Shown in pieces: positions 16,640 through 25,611 of a stretch of 37,591 nt of DNA (positions are counted from its first letter, which is position 1; every line of letters begins with the position of its first letter). Source of the stretch: Candidatus Heimdallarchaeota archaeon (GTDB taxonomy: Archaea; Asgardarchaeota; Heimdallarchaeia; Hodarchaeales; Hodarchaeaceae). The position numbers were made by a program, and so were the translations under genes. Under the pieces are notes generated by a model. It did not search any database. It was not told the DNA's origin and was given only the letters and a program-made list of their open reading frames with translations. Where the stretch lies: assembly GCA_048881705.1 (NCBI GenBank), contig JBHLSH010000034.1:1-37591 (forward strand), read 5' to 3'.

Positions 16640-18481
16640 TTGCTAACGCTATTAGATCTCCTAAAGGGAAAAACAGGTAAAAAAAGATTTCTCTCCTTGT
16701 GTGGCGGAACTGGAAGATGCGGAAGGTGTAGAGTTAAAATCATCACAGAAGATCGGTCAGATGTAATGAAACCTAATTTGACAGAAAAACAGCTCCTTGG
16801 TGCAACGGTCGATGAGGGTATTCGTCTAGCGTGTCAGTTCGTACCCACAAAGAACTTGAAGGTGATTCCCATTGATTTTCAAGAACTTCAGGTAAGTGAT
16901 TTCAAGATTCAAGATTCATATCAAAACTTTAGACTTATATATCCCTATAATCCCCGTTTCGAAACGATAACCATCAATTTGACCCCTGCTACGCTTGAAA
17001 CACCCTTAGATGATTTCACACGTTTAAAAAGAGCTCTACTGAACCGATTTCCTAAAATAACGAGACTGAATATTAAGAAATCAACCTTAAACGGACTTTA
17101 TGATAAAACTCGAAGAACACAGAACGCAATCAGGGTCATCCTAGATAAGGAGAATCAAACAATAGCAAGGATTAAGCCCCTTGACACATCCATTAATGAG
17201 CGATTGCTTGGTGTCGTTGTTGACATTGGTACCACATCAATCGTGACAACGTTGATCGATCTAGAGTCAGGCCGTATAATTGGCGCGAAGTCTGTTCTCA
17301 ATCCCCAGATTGAGCACGGTCGTGATGTCATGTCACGCTTATCTTATGCTCTTGGCTCTTCCTCCAACAGGCGAGAATTACAACAAGCAATACTTCACGA
17401 AATACGGAATCTGATCGACGGTATGCTTCGTGACTCCACCTTGAGGAACCAGACCGTATCTTCCATCGTCGAATTGGTCGTTGTAGGCAATTCAGTTATG
17501 CATCACCTATTCTTATGTTTGCCCATCGATGGATTGGCGCGTGCCCCGTATATCCCTGTTATTACTCAAGGCCTATCTTACACTGTTGGTGAGATCGATG
17601 AAGGTAACATTATGGGATTACCCAACACTTCAGCCATATCATTACCCCCACTTATTGGAGGATTTATTGGTTCCGATGCGGTTGTGGACATATTATATTC
17701 AGATCTTCCAAAACGTATGGGAACTCATTTGCTGATCGACTTTGGCACTAATTCCGAGATAATTTTAGCAAAAAATGGTGTCATCTACGCGGCTTCTGTT
17801 GCTGCTGGCGGTGCTTTTGAAGGACAACATATTTCCTGTGGGATGCGGGGGATTATCGGGGCCATCGAGTCATTTTGGATAACAAACGACACCTTTCATT
17901 ATCTTACGATTGGTTCTGCGCCCCCAAGAGGAATTTGTGGATCAGGCATTATTGATATCCTGGCCTCATTACGAATTCATGGTTTTCTTGATCGACGAGG
18001 GCGCCTTTTTTCACGAAAGGGTTCGGTCGAAAAGGATCTAATCATTGTACCCGAAAGATCCGTAAACAATCCTGAGCACAAAGCCATCATCCTTACGCGA
18101 GAAGATATTGTTGAGGTTCAGAAGGCAAAAGCGGCTACTTTTGCAGCGATCCGGGCTTTAACAAACGAGATTGACATAACTATTTCGGAAATTGACACTG
18201 TTTCTATCGCTGGTGTATTTGGATCCAAATTAAATATAGAGAATGCCAGAATCATTGGACTTCTGCCAAATCTTCCGCCAACACGGTTCAAAGCGTACGG
18301 AAATGCCGCCGAACGAGGGGGAAGAACATTTTTAATTTCTCTTGAAGCACGAGAGGCCTCAGAGATAATATCAAGAAAGGTACAAAGAATGGAACTTTCT
18401 ACAGTTACCAATTTTCAAGAATTCTTTACAGAAGAATTATTTTTCCCACCTTTAAAAGAAAATGATCTTAAGACTGATTAA
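16640..18481 (+). CDS. ASKHA-domain ATPase with N-terminal 2Fe-2S ferredoxin (RACo/DUF4445, reductive activator of corrinoid proteins)
   Basis: CGGTGRCGRC…RLACQ, VDIGTT, G-x-DVMSR, IDFGTNSEI, AAGGAFEG, GICGSG and GNAA motifs. The true start is probably upstream of the TTG at 16640. Confidence 0.9.
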   Translation: MLTLLDLLKGKTGKKRFLSLCGGTGRCGRCRVKIITEDRSDVMKPNLTEKQLLGATVDEGIRLACQFVPTKNLKVIPIDFQELQVSDFKIQDSYQNFRLIYPYNPRFETITINLTPATLETPLDDFTRLKRALLNRFPKITRLNIKKSTLNGLYDKTRRTQNAIRVILDKENQTIARIKPLDTSINERLLGVVVDIGTTSIVTTLIDLESGRIIGAKSVLNPQIEHGRDVMSRLSYALGSSSNRRELQQAILHEIRNLIDGMLRDSTLRNQTVSSIVELVVVGNSVMHHLFLCLPIDGLARAPYIPVITQGLSYTVGEIDEGNIMGLPNTSAISLPPLIGGFIGSDAVVDILYSDLPKRMGTHLLIDFGTNSEIILAKNGVIYAASVAAGGAFEGQHISCGMRGIIGAIESFWITNDTFHYLTIGSAPPRGICGSGIIDILASLRIHGFLDRRGRLFSRKGSVEKDLIIVPERSVNNPEHKAIILTREDIVEVQKAKAATFAAIRALTNEIDITISEIDTVSIAGVFGSKLNIENARIIGLLPNLPPTRFKAYGNAAERGGRTFLISLEAREASEIISRKVQRMELSTVTNFQEFFTEELFFPPLKENDLKTD

Positions 18482-19141
18482 ATGATGAATTTCATACTGA
18501 AAAAGCTTTTAGGTGTCCCGTTCTTAATTATATTCATGGATCTGGGATTTCTTCTATTTGAAAGAGAAATTTTTTTGGAAATGACGACTCTAGTTCCGAT
18601 CCTTCTTATAGATATGTTTATTGGCATTGATATCGTGATAAGACCATTATCCACCAAAAAAGATCAATTTAATCGCTCGATTTTAATCTTTTCATTCCTA
18701 GCTTTCCCTGTTATCTTATTATTGCCTCATTTGGAATCAAAAATTTCCCCACTGGAATCTATTCTATCCGATTTATATAATTTCCACGTATCTATTGGAA
18801 TCGGCTTGTTGATTATAGGTGGTATTATTTTGATAATCAGTAGAATCCAACTTGGTGAATTAGGCGGATCTAAGATAGTTATCGAAGATAATCATAGGTT
18901 AATGACTGATGGCATGTACAAGTATGTTCGCCATCCTATCTATCTTGGATTTTTGCTCATATTTTCTGGATATAGCTTCGCGATGGGGAGTATAATTATG
19001 AAAATATTGATTTTGATCGCGCTTTTCCTGATATTCAGAAGAAGGATGGAGATTGAAGAAAATCTATTGGCCACAACGTTTGGGGACGAATTTTTTGAAT
19101 ACAAGAAGAAGACCGCAAGACTAGTTCCCTTTTTTTACTAA
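18482..19141 (+). CDS. Isoprenylcysteine carboxyl methyltransferase (ICMT/PEMT) family membrane methyltransferase
   Basis: Several TM helices; HRLMTDGMYKYVRHPIYLG and EE-x-x-L-x-x-x-FG-x-EF-x-EYKKKT-x-RLVPF. ATG directly follows the RACo TAA. Confidence 0.9.
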   Translation: MMNFILKKLLGVPFLIIFMDLGFLLFEREIFLEMTTLVPILLIDMFIGIDIVIRPLSTKKDQFNRSILIFSFLAFPVILLLPHLESKISPLESILSDLYNFHVSIGIGLLIIGGIILIISRIQLGELGGSKIVIEDNHRLMTDGMYKYVRHPIYLGFLLIFSGYSFAMGSIIMKILILIALFLIFRRRMEIEENLLATTFGDEFFEYKKKTARLVPFFY

Positions 19142-19192
19142 TAATTCTTGTGACTGTATGTTCCGCTATTATCACAGCATAATAGCCAGGAA

Positions 19193-19699
19193 ATGACCAT
19201 TAGACTGTTTCATATGTCTTTTTCTATAACATCTCGAAGAGACGAAGTATTTGGGAGTCTTATCCAAAAAAAGAGACATATCAACATGATCAATGGCACC
19301 CAAATGCCTGGATCGAGGGTTTTGAAGATCCCGGATTATTATAATTCTCTAGAAACCAGGTTCTTACAATTGAGTGTAAGCCTAGTATTAAGGTATCAGC
19401 TCTTTTTGAGATACACAGGTCAATGGTATAAATGTGGTGAGCTTAAATTGCAAACATTGGAAGAAATGGAAAATTTAGTCCTCAAACACAGCGGACGCTG
19501 CTGGTGGTGCGGCCAAGAATTAAAGAAAGGTTCTATATGGAGCGATGATAATCCTCATGGCATTAATCTCCAAGGATATCAGGAAAAACAAATCATTTTT
19601 TTTTGCTGTAACTCTTGTGGCAGGAACACATCTGTTCAAAGCGCTCTCCCAAACCTTCAATACATTCGTAGCGAGAAAAACCTTGGTTTAACGGCTTAG
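19193..19699 (+). CDS. Hypothetical protein with C-terminal TRASH/MYM-like Cys motif
   Basis: CWWCGQEL…IIFFCCNSCG; start uncertain. Confidence 0.55.
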   Translation: MTIRLFHMSFSITSRRDEVFGSLIQKKRHINMINGTQMPGSRVLKIPDYYNSLETRFLQLSVSLVLRYQLFLRYTGQWYKCGELKLQTLEEMENLVLKHSGRCWWCGQELKKGSIWSDDNPHGINLQGYQEKQIIFFCCNSCGRNTSVQSALPNLQYIRSEKNLGLTA

Positions 19700-19728
19700 G
19701 TCGTTAAACCCGATCTATCTCCCCTAGA

Positions 19729-19893
19729 TTATTTATGGCCTTCTAACCATACCGCTTTGTCCTTAGAATGCAAAAACTCCTTTAAGCAATCGGACTCGCA
19801 AAAAAAGTATTCTTTTCCTTCATATGTCCAAATTACTGATTCCGAATTTGGATCGTCCTTATCTACCTCTGAACCACATACTGTTAAAACCAT
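19729..19893 (-). CDS. YHS/TRASH domain metal-binding protein (54 aa); absent from the ORF track
   Basis: Manual translation MVLTVCGSEVDKDDPNSESVIWTYEGKEYFFCESDCLKEFLHSKDKAVWLEGHK* matches the YHS pattern VCG-x-x-V…YEGKxYxFC-x3-C-x3-F. Confidence 0.82.
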   Translation of the reverse strand: MVLTVCGSEVDKDDPNSESVIWTYEGKEYFFCESDCLKEFLHSKDKAVWLEGHK

Positions 19894-20165
19894 TTCTTCT
19901 CATCGGTCCATTAGAAGAGAACTAAAGCCCAACACAGCTTCTATTCGATCATCTTAAAATACTCTTTCTTCCACAACAGATATTCTTTAGTTTTGATCGA
20001 AATGCCTGAAGCCGTGGACACTGATCAAGTATTGTTCCCATCCTACCACGGTTTTTTCATTCCCTATGCGGGCAAAATCATAGCTATCTCTCGTTTCATA
20101 TAACGAATTTTTTTAACTAACACAAAATGCCTACCATATATGGAAATATCGAGAAGAGATGTTTT

Positions 20166-20900
20166 ATGAGCACAACAGGAAAAGTTGCTATTATTACAGG
20201 CGCATCAAAAGGTATTGGCAGAGCAATAGCGCTAAAATACGCCGCTAATGGAATGAAGGTAGTGTTAGCTGCTCGTGATGTCACCTTGCTAAACCAAGTA
20301 AAAACTAAAATCGATCAAAGTGGATTAGGTGAAGCATTTGTTATCCAAACAGATGTTACTGATGAAGAGCAAGTCAAAAATTTGGTAAGTTCCACGATGG
20401 ATCGATTCGGAGTTATTGATATCCTAGTGAATAATGCAGGTGTTGGGAGATTCAAACGGGCTGATCAGTTCACGCTAGATGATTTTAATTGGATTTTCGA
20501 TGTTAACGTTAAGGGAGTTTTTCTAGTGACTAAATATGTAGCTCCTCACATGATTTCGAGGGAATCAGGCCTGATCATCAACATTGCAAGCGTTGCAGGA
20601 AAGAATGGTTTTAAATCAGGAACGCTATACTCAGCTAGCAAACATGCAGTCGTCGGATTCACTTGGTCACTCAGGGAGGATCTTAAGGAACACAAAATTG
20701 CGGTTTCGGTGGTTTGTCCAGGTAGTGTAGTCACAAGATTCGGAGGTAGTGTAAAAGAAAAGGTAGAATGGGCCATGGAAGCTGATGATGTGGCGAATGC
20801 TTGTTTCTTTTTGGCTTCTGAGTCAAATACAGTCAACACGGCGGAAATTATAATTAAACCGCGCTATAACCCACGAATAATCCAGTCTAGTGATATCTAA
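20166..20900 (+). CDS. Classical short-chain dehydrogenase/reductase
   Basis: TGASKGIG, DILVNNAG, NIAS and YSASK. Likely start ATG 20166 (track 20127). Confidence 0.93.
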   Translation: MSTTGKVAIITGASKGIGRAIALKYAANGMKVVLAARDVTLLNQVKTKIDQSGLGEAFVIQTDVTDEEQVKNLVSSTMDRFGVIDILVNNAGVGRFKRADQFTLDDFNWIFDVNVKGVFLVTKYVAPHMISRESGLIINIASVAGKNGFKSGTLYSASKHAVVGFTWSLREDLKEHKIAVSVVCPGSVVTRFGGSVKEKVEWAMEADDVANACFFLASESNTVNTAEIIIKPRYNPRIIQSSDI

Positions 20901-21010
20901 AATAGAGTGTTAAGCTGAAATCTGTTGTTACAGAGATTTACACTCCTTTTACGTATCCCTACTGTGGAGTTGCTAGGGCTAAATCCAAAACTCCTACTTG
21001 ATGAAAAGGT

Positions 21011-22756
21011 TTAGAATCGCTTTGGCAGCGGGAACATTCGCCTTAGCAGAAATTCAGCAAAAATAAGAAAGCTCAAATACCCCAATAGTGCACCAGTTAT
21101 CGAAAACGCGAATATAGTTCGTTCTAAAACAGCTGAAACAAACCCTCCCCATAACAGCCCGAAGAGAATAATTCCATTCGTAAGAATCACCAAAAGGAAA
21201 TTTTTTAGTACTGTATGAGTCGTACTAACTGTAAATACTGTGAACTGTTTATTCATTCTTCCAAAGAGTAGACTATGACAGTATAAAAATCCCGTGGTCG
21301 CTATAATGTTGACAAATATGACTGAAAGTCCACTAGAAAGAAATAAGGACGCCCCTGCCAAACTCTGAAAAATCCATATTACTGGGATTGATGTGTTCAA
21401 TATCATGGAAAGAAGAATCTGACGCGCCCGAAAAATCTCTCGCTGCGAAATTGGAAGGGATGAAAGGAGGCCTCCTAAACTTTCTTCGGTTGCAAAAATA
21501 CCATTCTTCATTATCAGAGGTAGAAAACCCGAATATATCAATATCACCGAAAATGGATCCAAAGTTCTAGAGAAACTAGAAAAAGAAAACCCTGTTGCGA
21601 GTATTAACAAGGCAAAGACAATGGGGGAGAGAAGTGCAAAAAGACCGGCATAATTACGGGTTGCAAGAACCAGACTTACTCGCATGTAACCCACGACTGG
21701 GTGATTGGACTTAATCTGAACACTAGCGATTTCGCGGTCACCATGGGAACCCATTGAATAGTCGAAACGACCCAATTTTTGAAGAACCTGGTTCCCCTTT
21801 CGAGTAACCAGAGAAGTTGCGACAACTAACCCCAGAAATCCAATTAAAGTAGAAAAAACGATACCTAATTCATAATTGAAGAATATGGATAGAAAAAATG
21901 TCACTGTTATAAGAAATCCGCCAGAAAAGGGGAATACCATCAGACTAAGTATGATATTCACGAGTGCACCAAGTACAGGATCAAAAAATAACTCTGTTCC
22001 ATATAAATCAACAAGAAACGAAGGGATCGCTGCAAAAAGACCAGAAATGTTAAATATAATCAGCATATAGAATAATACAAAGAGAATTCGAGTAATTGTC
22101 CGAATCTTTGAAGTAACTTCCGATCTAAAGATTCTACCTCCAACAAAGTGAGCAACAAGAACCAAAGTATAAAACATGAAAACGACATTTATCGAATTAA
22201 CTATCAAGATTACGGGAAAAAGATGATTGTCTGTAATCATCAGACTAGCGAGTGGAAAAGCAAGCAGGAGCACTATAAACTGACCCCAATACAATCGCAT
22301 ATATACAAATATTCCCAATCGACTTAAATCTGATCGAGTTAAGGGCAAAGTCGCTGTCAACGCAAAATTATCTCCATGAACTAATTCGATGAGCTGAAAT
22401 AATCCGAACACAAGTAGAATGATGAAACAGGAGATATAGTAGGATGCAACTCCAAACGATAGAATAAAAGCAACATTATAGATATTCTCCGAATCAACCA
22501 TCACTTTGCTGGCTGTCCCTAAAGCACTCAAGGGAATTATTGTTAAACTAAGGAGAAAAAAAGACACAATAATCATGTTCAGAAGAGCAACTCTCTTCAT
22601 GGATCCCTGACCTTTCTCGAATCTTTCTAGAATTCGTGCCCGCTGACCTCCAGCAGCCGTTAATTGGGCCTGGAAGTAGGTTTCGTCAAGGATTATGCCC
22701 GAAACATGCCATAATTCTCTATTTTGCATTTGTATTATTACCCTGATTATTTTCAA
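21011..22756 (-). CDS. Multi-pass membrane protein, ABC transporter permease
   Basis: About 12-14 hydrophobic segments with internal duplication (LPLT/LPIS repeats); overlaps the ABC ATPase gene. Start may be ATG 22729. Confidence 0.8.
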   Translation of the reverse strand: MKIIRVIIQMQNRELWHVSGIILDETYFQAQLTAAGGQRARILERFEKGQGSMKRVALLNMIIVSFFLLSLTIIPLSALGTASKVMVDSENIYNVAFILSFGVASYYISCFIILLVFGLFQLIELVHGDNFALTATLPLTRSDLSRLGIFVYMRLYWGQFIVLLLAFPLASLMITDNHLFPVILIVNSINVVFMFYTLVLVAHFVGGRIFRSEVTSKIRTITRILFVLFYMLIIFNISGLFAAIPSFLVDLYGTELFFDPVLGALVNIILSLMVFPFSGGFLITVTFFLSIFFNYELGIVFSTLIGFLGLVVATSLVTRKGNQVLQKLGRFDYSMGSHGDREIASVQIKSNHPVVGYMRVSLVLATRNYAGLFALLSPIVFALLILATGFSFSSFSRTLDPFSVILIYSGFLPLIMKNGIFATEESLGGLLSSLPISQREIFRARQILLSMILNTSIPVIWIFQSLAGASLFLSSGLSVIFVNIIATTGFLYCHSLLFGRMNKQFTVFTVSTTHTVLKNFLLVILTNGIILFGLLWGGFVSAVLERTIFAFSITGALLGYLSFLIFAEFLLRRMFPLPKRF

Positions 22757-23582
22757 ATCGCTGTAGATGTGCTATTTTCTCTTGTAAGTTGGATATTATT
22801 GCATTCACAGTGCTATCCTGTTCAGTCAACCGAAGGAATATTTCTTCCAAATCCGCACCAACAGATTCAGCTTGGAGCTGAAGATCGCTGAATTTTCCCT
22901 CAGCCACCAGTTTACCGTGATTAATGATGCCAATTCGGGTACACAGGTTTTGTGCCTGTTCCAAAACGTGTGTAGTGAAAAGGATGGCACCTCCAGTTTG
23001 AATGTGGAGCTGTAGTATGTTTTTTACCACTGCCGCAGAGCGAGCGTCCAAACCTGAAAGCGGCTCGTCTAGAATTAGTAGTGACGGTTCATGAAGTAGC
23101 GCTGCGATAATTTGAATCTTTTGCTTGTTGCCATGAGACAAAGTTCCTATTACTTTGTTATAGTACTTTAATGCATCCAAGGAATCAAGGTATTCTTGCG
23201 CAAGGTATCCCGTTCGGGCTGGATCTAACTTTCTAACCGAAGCAATAAAATTAAAAAGCTCTCGAACAAGGAGACTTTCGTAAAGAAGGGGTTCCTCAGC
23301 CACATAGCCGCACACCTCTTTCACTTTCTCAGGTGCGACTAGTGGATCATATCCTAGGCACTGGATGTTTCCTTCTTGGATATCTATAAGACCAAGAATC
23401 GCTTTGATGGTGGTGGTTTTCCCCGCTCCATTAGGTCCTAACAGGCCATAAATCTCTCCTTGCCTCACACTAAACGATAGCCCATTTACTGCCATGATAT
23501 CTCCGTAAGATTTCTTTAAGTTTGTAACACCAAGAATAGAGCTTTTTGATCCATCTAATGATTCCAAAGTTATACTAGTCAA
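22719..23582 (-). CDS. ABC-2/CcmA-type ATP-binding protein
   Basis: GPNGAGKTT, LSHGNKQK, LILDEP and TTH; GGAGG RBS upstream. Confidence 0.93.
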   Translation of the reverse strand: MTSITLESLDGSKSSILGVTNLKKSYGDIMAVNGLSFSVRQGEIYGLLGPNGAGKTTTIKAILGLIDIQEGNIQCLGYDPLVAPEKVKEVCGYVAEEPLLYESLLVRELFNFIASVRKLDPARTGYLAQEYLDSLDALKYYNKVIGTLSHGNKQKIQIIAALLHEPSLLILDEPLSGLDARSAAVVKNILQLHIQTGGAILFTTHVLEQAQNLCTRIGIINHGKLVAEGKFSDLQLQAESVGADLEEIFLRLTEQDSTVNAIISNLQEKIAHLQRFENNQGNNTNAK

Positions 23583-23593
23583 AAGGACTTACT

Positions 23594-23598
23594 CCTCC
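23594..23598 (-). promoter_or_regulatory. Shine-Dalgarno site GGAGG for the ABC ATPase
   Basis: cctcc on the + strand, 11 nt upstream of TTG 23582. Confidence 0.5.
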
Positions 23599-23721
23599 AT
23601 ACATATCTGAGAAGGATTTGCCAATTTAAGAATCGTATTGGCCTTGAAATGAATCAATTATTTATGAACTCATTTCCGAATGTCATATATCAGATCTGCA
23701 AATAGATAAATCAAATTTGGA

Positions 23722-25608
23722 GTGATGACTAACACATCTATATCTATAACCAATTGGAATCTGCAGATCTTGGAAACAGCTCGTACATCACAGAAGATGG
23801 AATTTGCTCTTGCAACCGGAGATCCCTTTATACACGCACGACAAAGAGGAACCCGTACTTGGATATTATCTCACTTACTTCATGGAAGTAACAAGCTGAT
23901 AGTGCTCATTGTTTTTCTTGGCACACTGTTTACAGCAATTTTGTCTGCGAGTTTGATGGTTATAATCGGGAATGCTATTGATGAGTTTCGATTAGGATAT
24001 TCAGACCGCTTATGGTCCAACATCATTATCATAGGCCTTATCAGTATTGGTAGTCCCCTTTTGAATCTTGTTTTTAGTCTGATAAGGGAAACACTTGCAC
24101 AACGTATGGAACGTGAAACACGAGAGGAATTCTATACGAATCTTCTTGGTAAGAGCCAGTCGTTTCATGATCAGCAAAGGATTGGTGATATCATGGCGCG
24201 AACTGCCAATGACGTACGTATGTTGAACTTCCTCGTCTCGCCTGCGTTGTCTTTGATTTTTCAATCTGGTTTAAACATAGTGATTCCCTTAGTATTCATA
24301 TTCATGTTTTATCCCACTGAACTTCTGATCGTTCCGCTTATCTATACTATCCTGTTCATAATCACATTAAGAAGCTATTCACGGGAATTGAATCCCGTAA
24401 CAGCTAAGATGAGGGGGGAATTCGGAAAAATGAACGCTATCCTGAATGAAACGTTATCGGGAATTGAAGTTGTAAAAGCAAGTTCCTCAGAAGAATTTGA
24501 AATTAAGAAATACTACGATAATGCAAAGAAATATCGTGATGCCTCAGTAAAACAAGGTCTTATAATGGCTCGTTACGTTCCATTGCTATTGGTTGCGATT
24601 GCAATCACTCTTGGGCTTGCCCACGCCCTTATCCTGAATATTCAGGGCGGATTTGAAGTTGGGCAGATAATAGCGTACATGGGGTTACTTTGGAGTCTTA
24701 GATTTCCCACTTTCATCAGCATCTGGGTATTTGCTTTAGTTAGGCTGGCCATTTCTGGATCTGAACGCCTAATCGAAGTAATGAACAAAGAATCCGATAT
24801 CGATGAAAACCCGTCAGGCCTTCAAAAAGATATCAAAGGTGAGGTGAGTTTTGAAAATGTTGATTTTTCTTACCCAGGTTCGCCCCAACTCGCACTTAAG
24901 GATATAAATTTTGTAATAAAGCCAGGACAAACCATCGCGATTGTAGGCACTACCGGTTCAGGAAAAACGACTCTAACGAAATTGATCAGCAGGTTATATG
25001 ACGTTAAGAACGGTTCTATTAAAATCGATGGAGTCGACATTAAGGCGTATAATTTGGAATCATTAAGATCCCAGATTTCTTATATTGAACAAGATGTTTT
25101 TCTCTTCTCGTCATCTGTTCACGAAAATATTTCGTTTGGGAGGACTAGCTCTCTGAAAGACGTTATGACCGTAGCTCAGGAAGCCCAGGCCCATGATTTT
25201 ATTTCACAACTGCCAGAAGGTTATGATACAGAGGTCGGTGAAAGAGGAGTTCAACTGAGTGGGGGAGAACGGCAAAGAGTCGCAATCGCGCGTGCATTCC
25301 TAGCTGATCCCAAGATCCTGGTATTAGATGACAGTACAAGCGCCATAGATTCAGAAACAGAGGATAGGATACAACATGCTATAACCAACATCCTCAAGGG
25401 ACGAACTACATTCCTTATCACACATAGACTGTCTCAAATCCGATGGGCAGATTCAATTCTGGTTATGAAACGTGGACGACTGATTGCCATTGGATCTCAT
25501 GAGGAGTTAATTCATACAAGTGAGGAGTATAGAAATATATTTGTGAAACGGTTTGATCTCAAGGACGATCAAATACTAAAGGTAACCCGACAACAGGTGG
25601 CTGGTTAA
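23722..25608 (+). CDS. Type IV ABC exporter half-transporter (TMD+NBD) with degenerate Walker B
   Basis: Six TM helices, GTTGSGKT, LSGGERQR, VLDDS (Asp instead of Glu), THRL. Confidence 0.93.
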   Translation: MMTNTSISITNWNLQILETARTSQKMEFALATGDPFIHARQRGTRTWILSHLLHGSNKLIVLIVFLGTLFTAILSASLMVIIGNAIDEFRLGYSDRLWSNIIIIGLISIGSPLLNLVFSLIRETLAQRMERETREEFYTNLLGKSQSFHDQQRIGDIMARTANDVRMLNFLVSPALSLIFQSGLNIVIPLVFIFMFYPTELLIVPLIYTILFIITLRSYSRELNPVTAKMRGEFGKMNAILNETLSGIEVVKASSSEEFEIKKYYDNAKKYRDASVKQGLIMARYVPLLLVAIAITLGLAHALILNIQGGFEVGQIIAYMGLLWSLRFPTFISIWVFALVRLAISGSERLIEVMNKESDIDENPSGLQKDIKGEVSFENVDFSYPGSPQLALKDINFVIKPGQTIAIVGTTGSGKTTLTKLISRLYDVKNGSIKIDGVDIKAYNLESLRSQISYIEQDVFLFSSSVHENISFGRTSSLKDVMTVAQEAQAHDFISQLPEGYDTEVGERGVQLSGGERQRVAIARAFLADPKILVLDDSTSAIDSETEDRIQHAITNILKGRTTFLITHRLSQIRWADSILVMKRGRLIAIGSHEELIHTSEEYRNIFVKRFDLKDDQILKVTRQQVAG

Positions 25609-25611
25609 ATT

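Noticed and set aside
18482-19141. ICMT methylating the window's GTPases after prenylation
   Set aside because: Neither GTPase ends in CaaX, CC or CxC, and no prenyltransferase is present.
20901-21010. Two imperfect hairpins in the convergent SDR/permease gap as a small RNA
   Set aside because: Stems are short and bulged with no C/D or H/ACA boxes; at most terminator-like.
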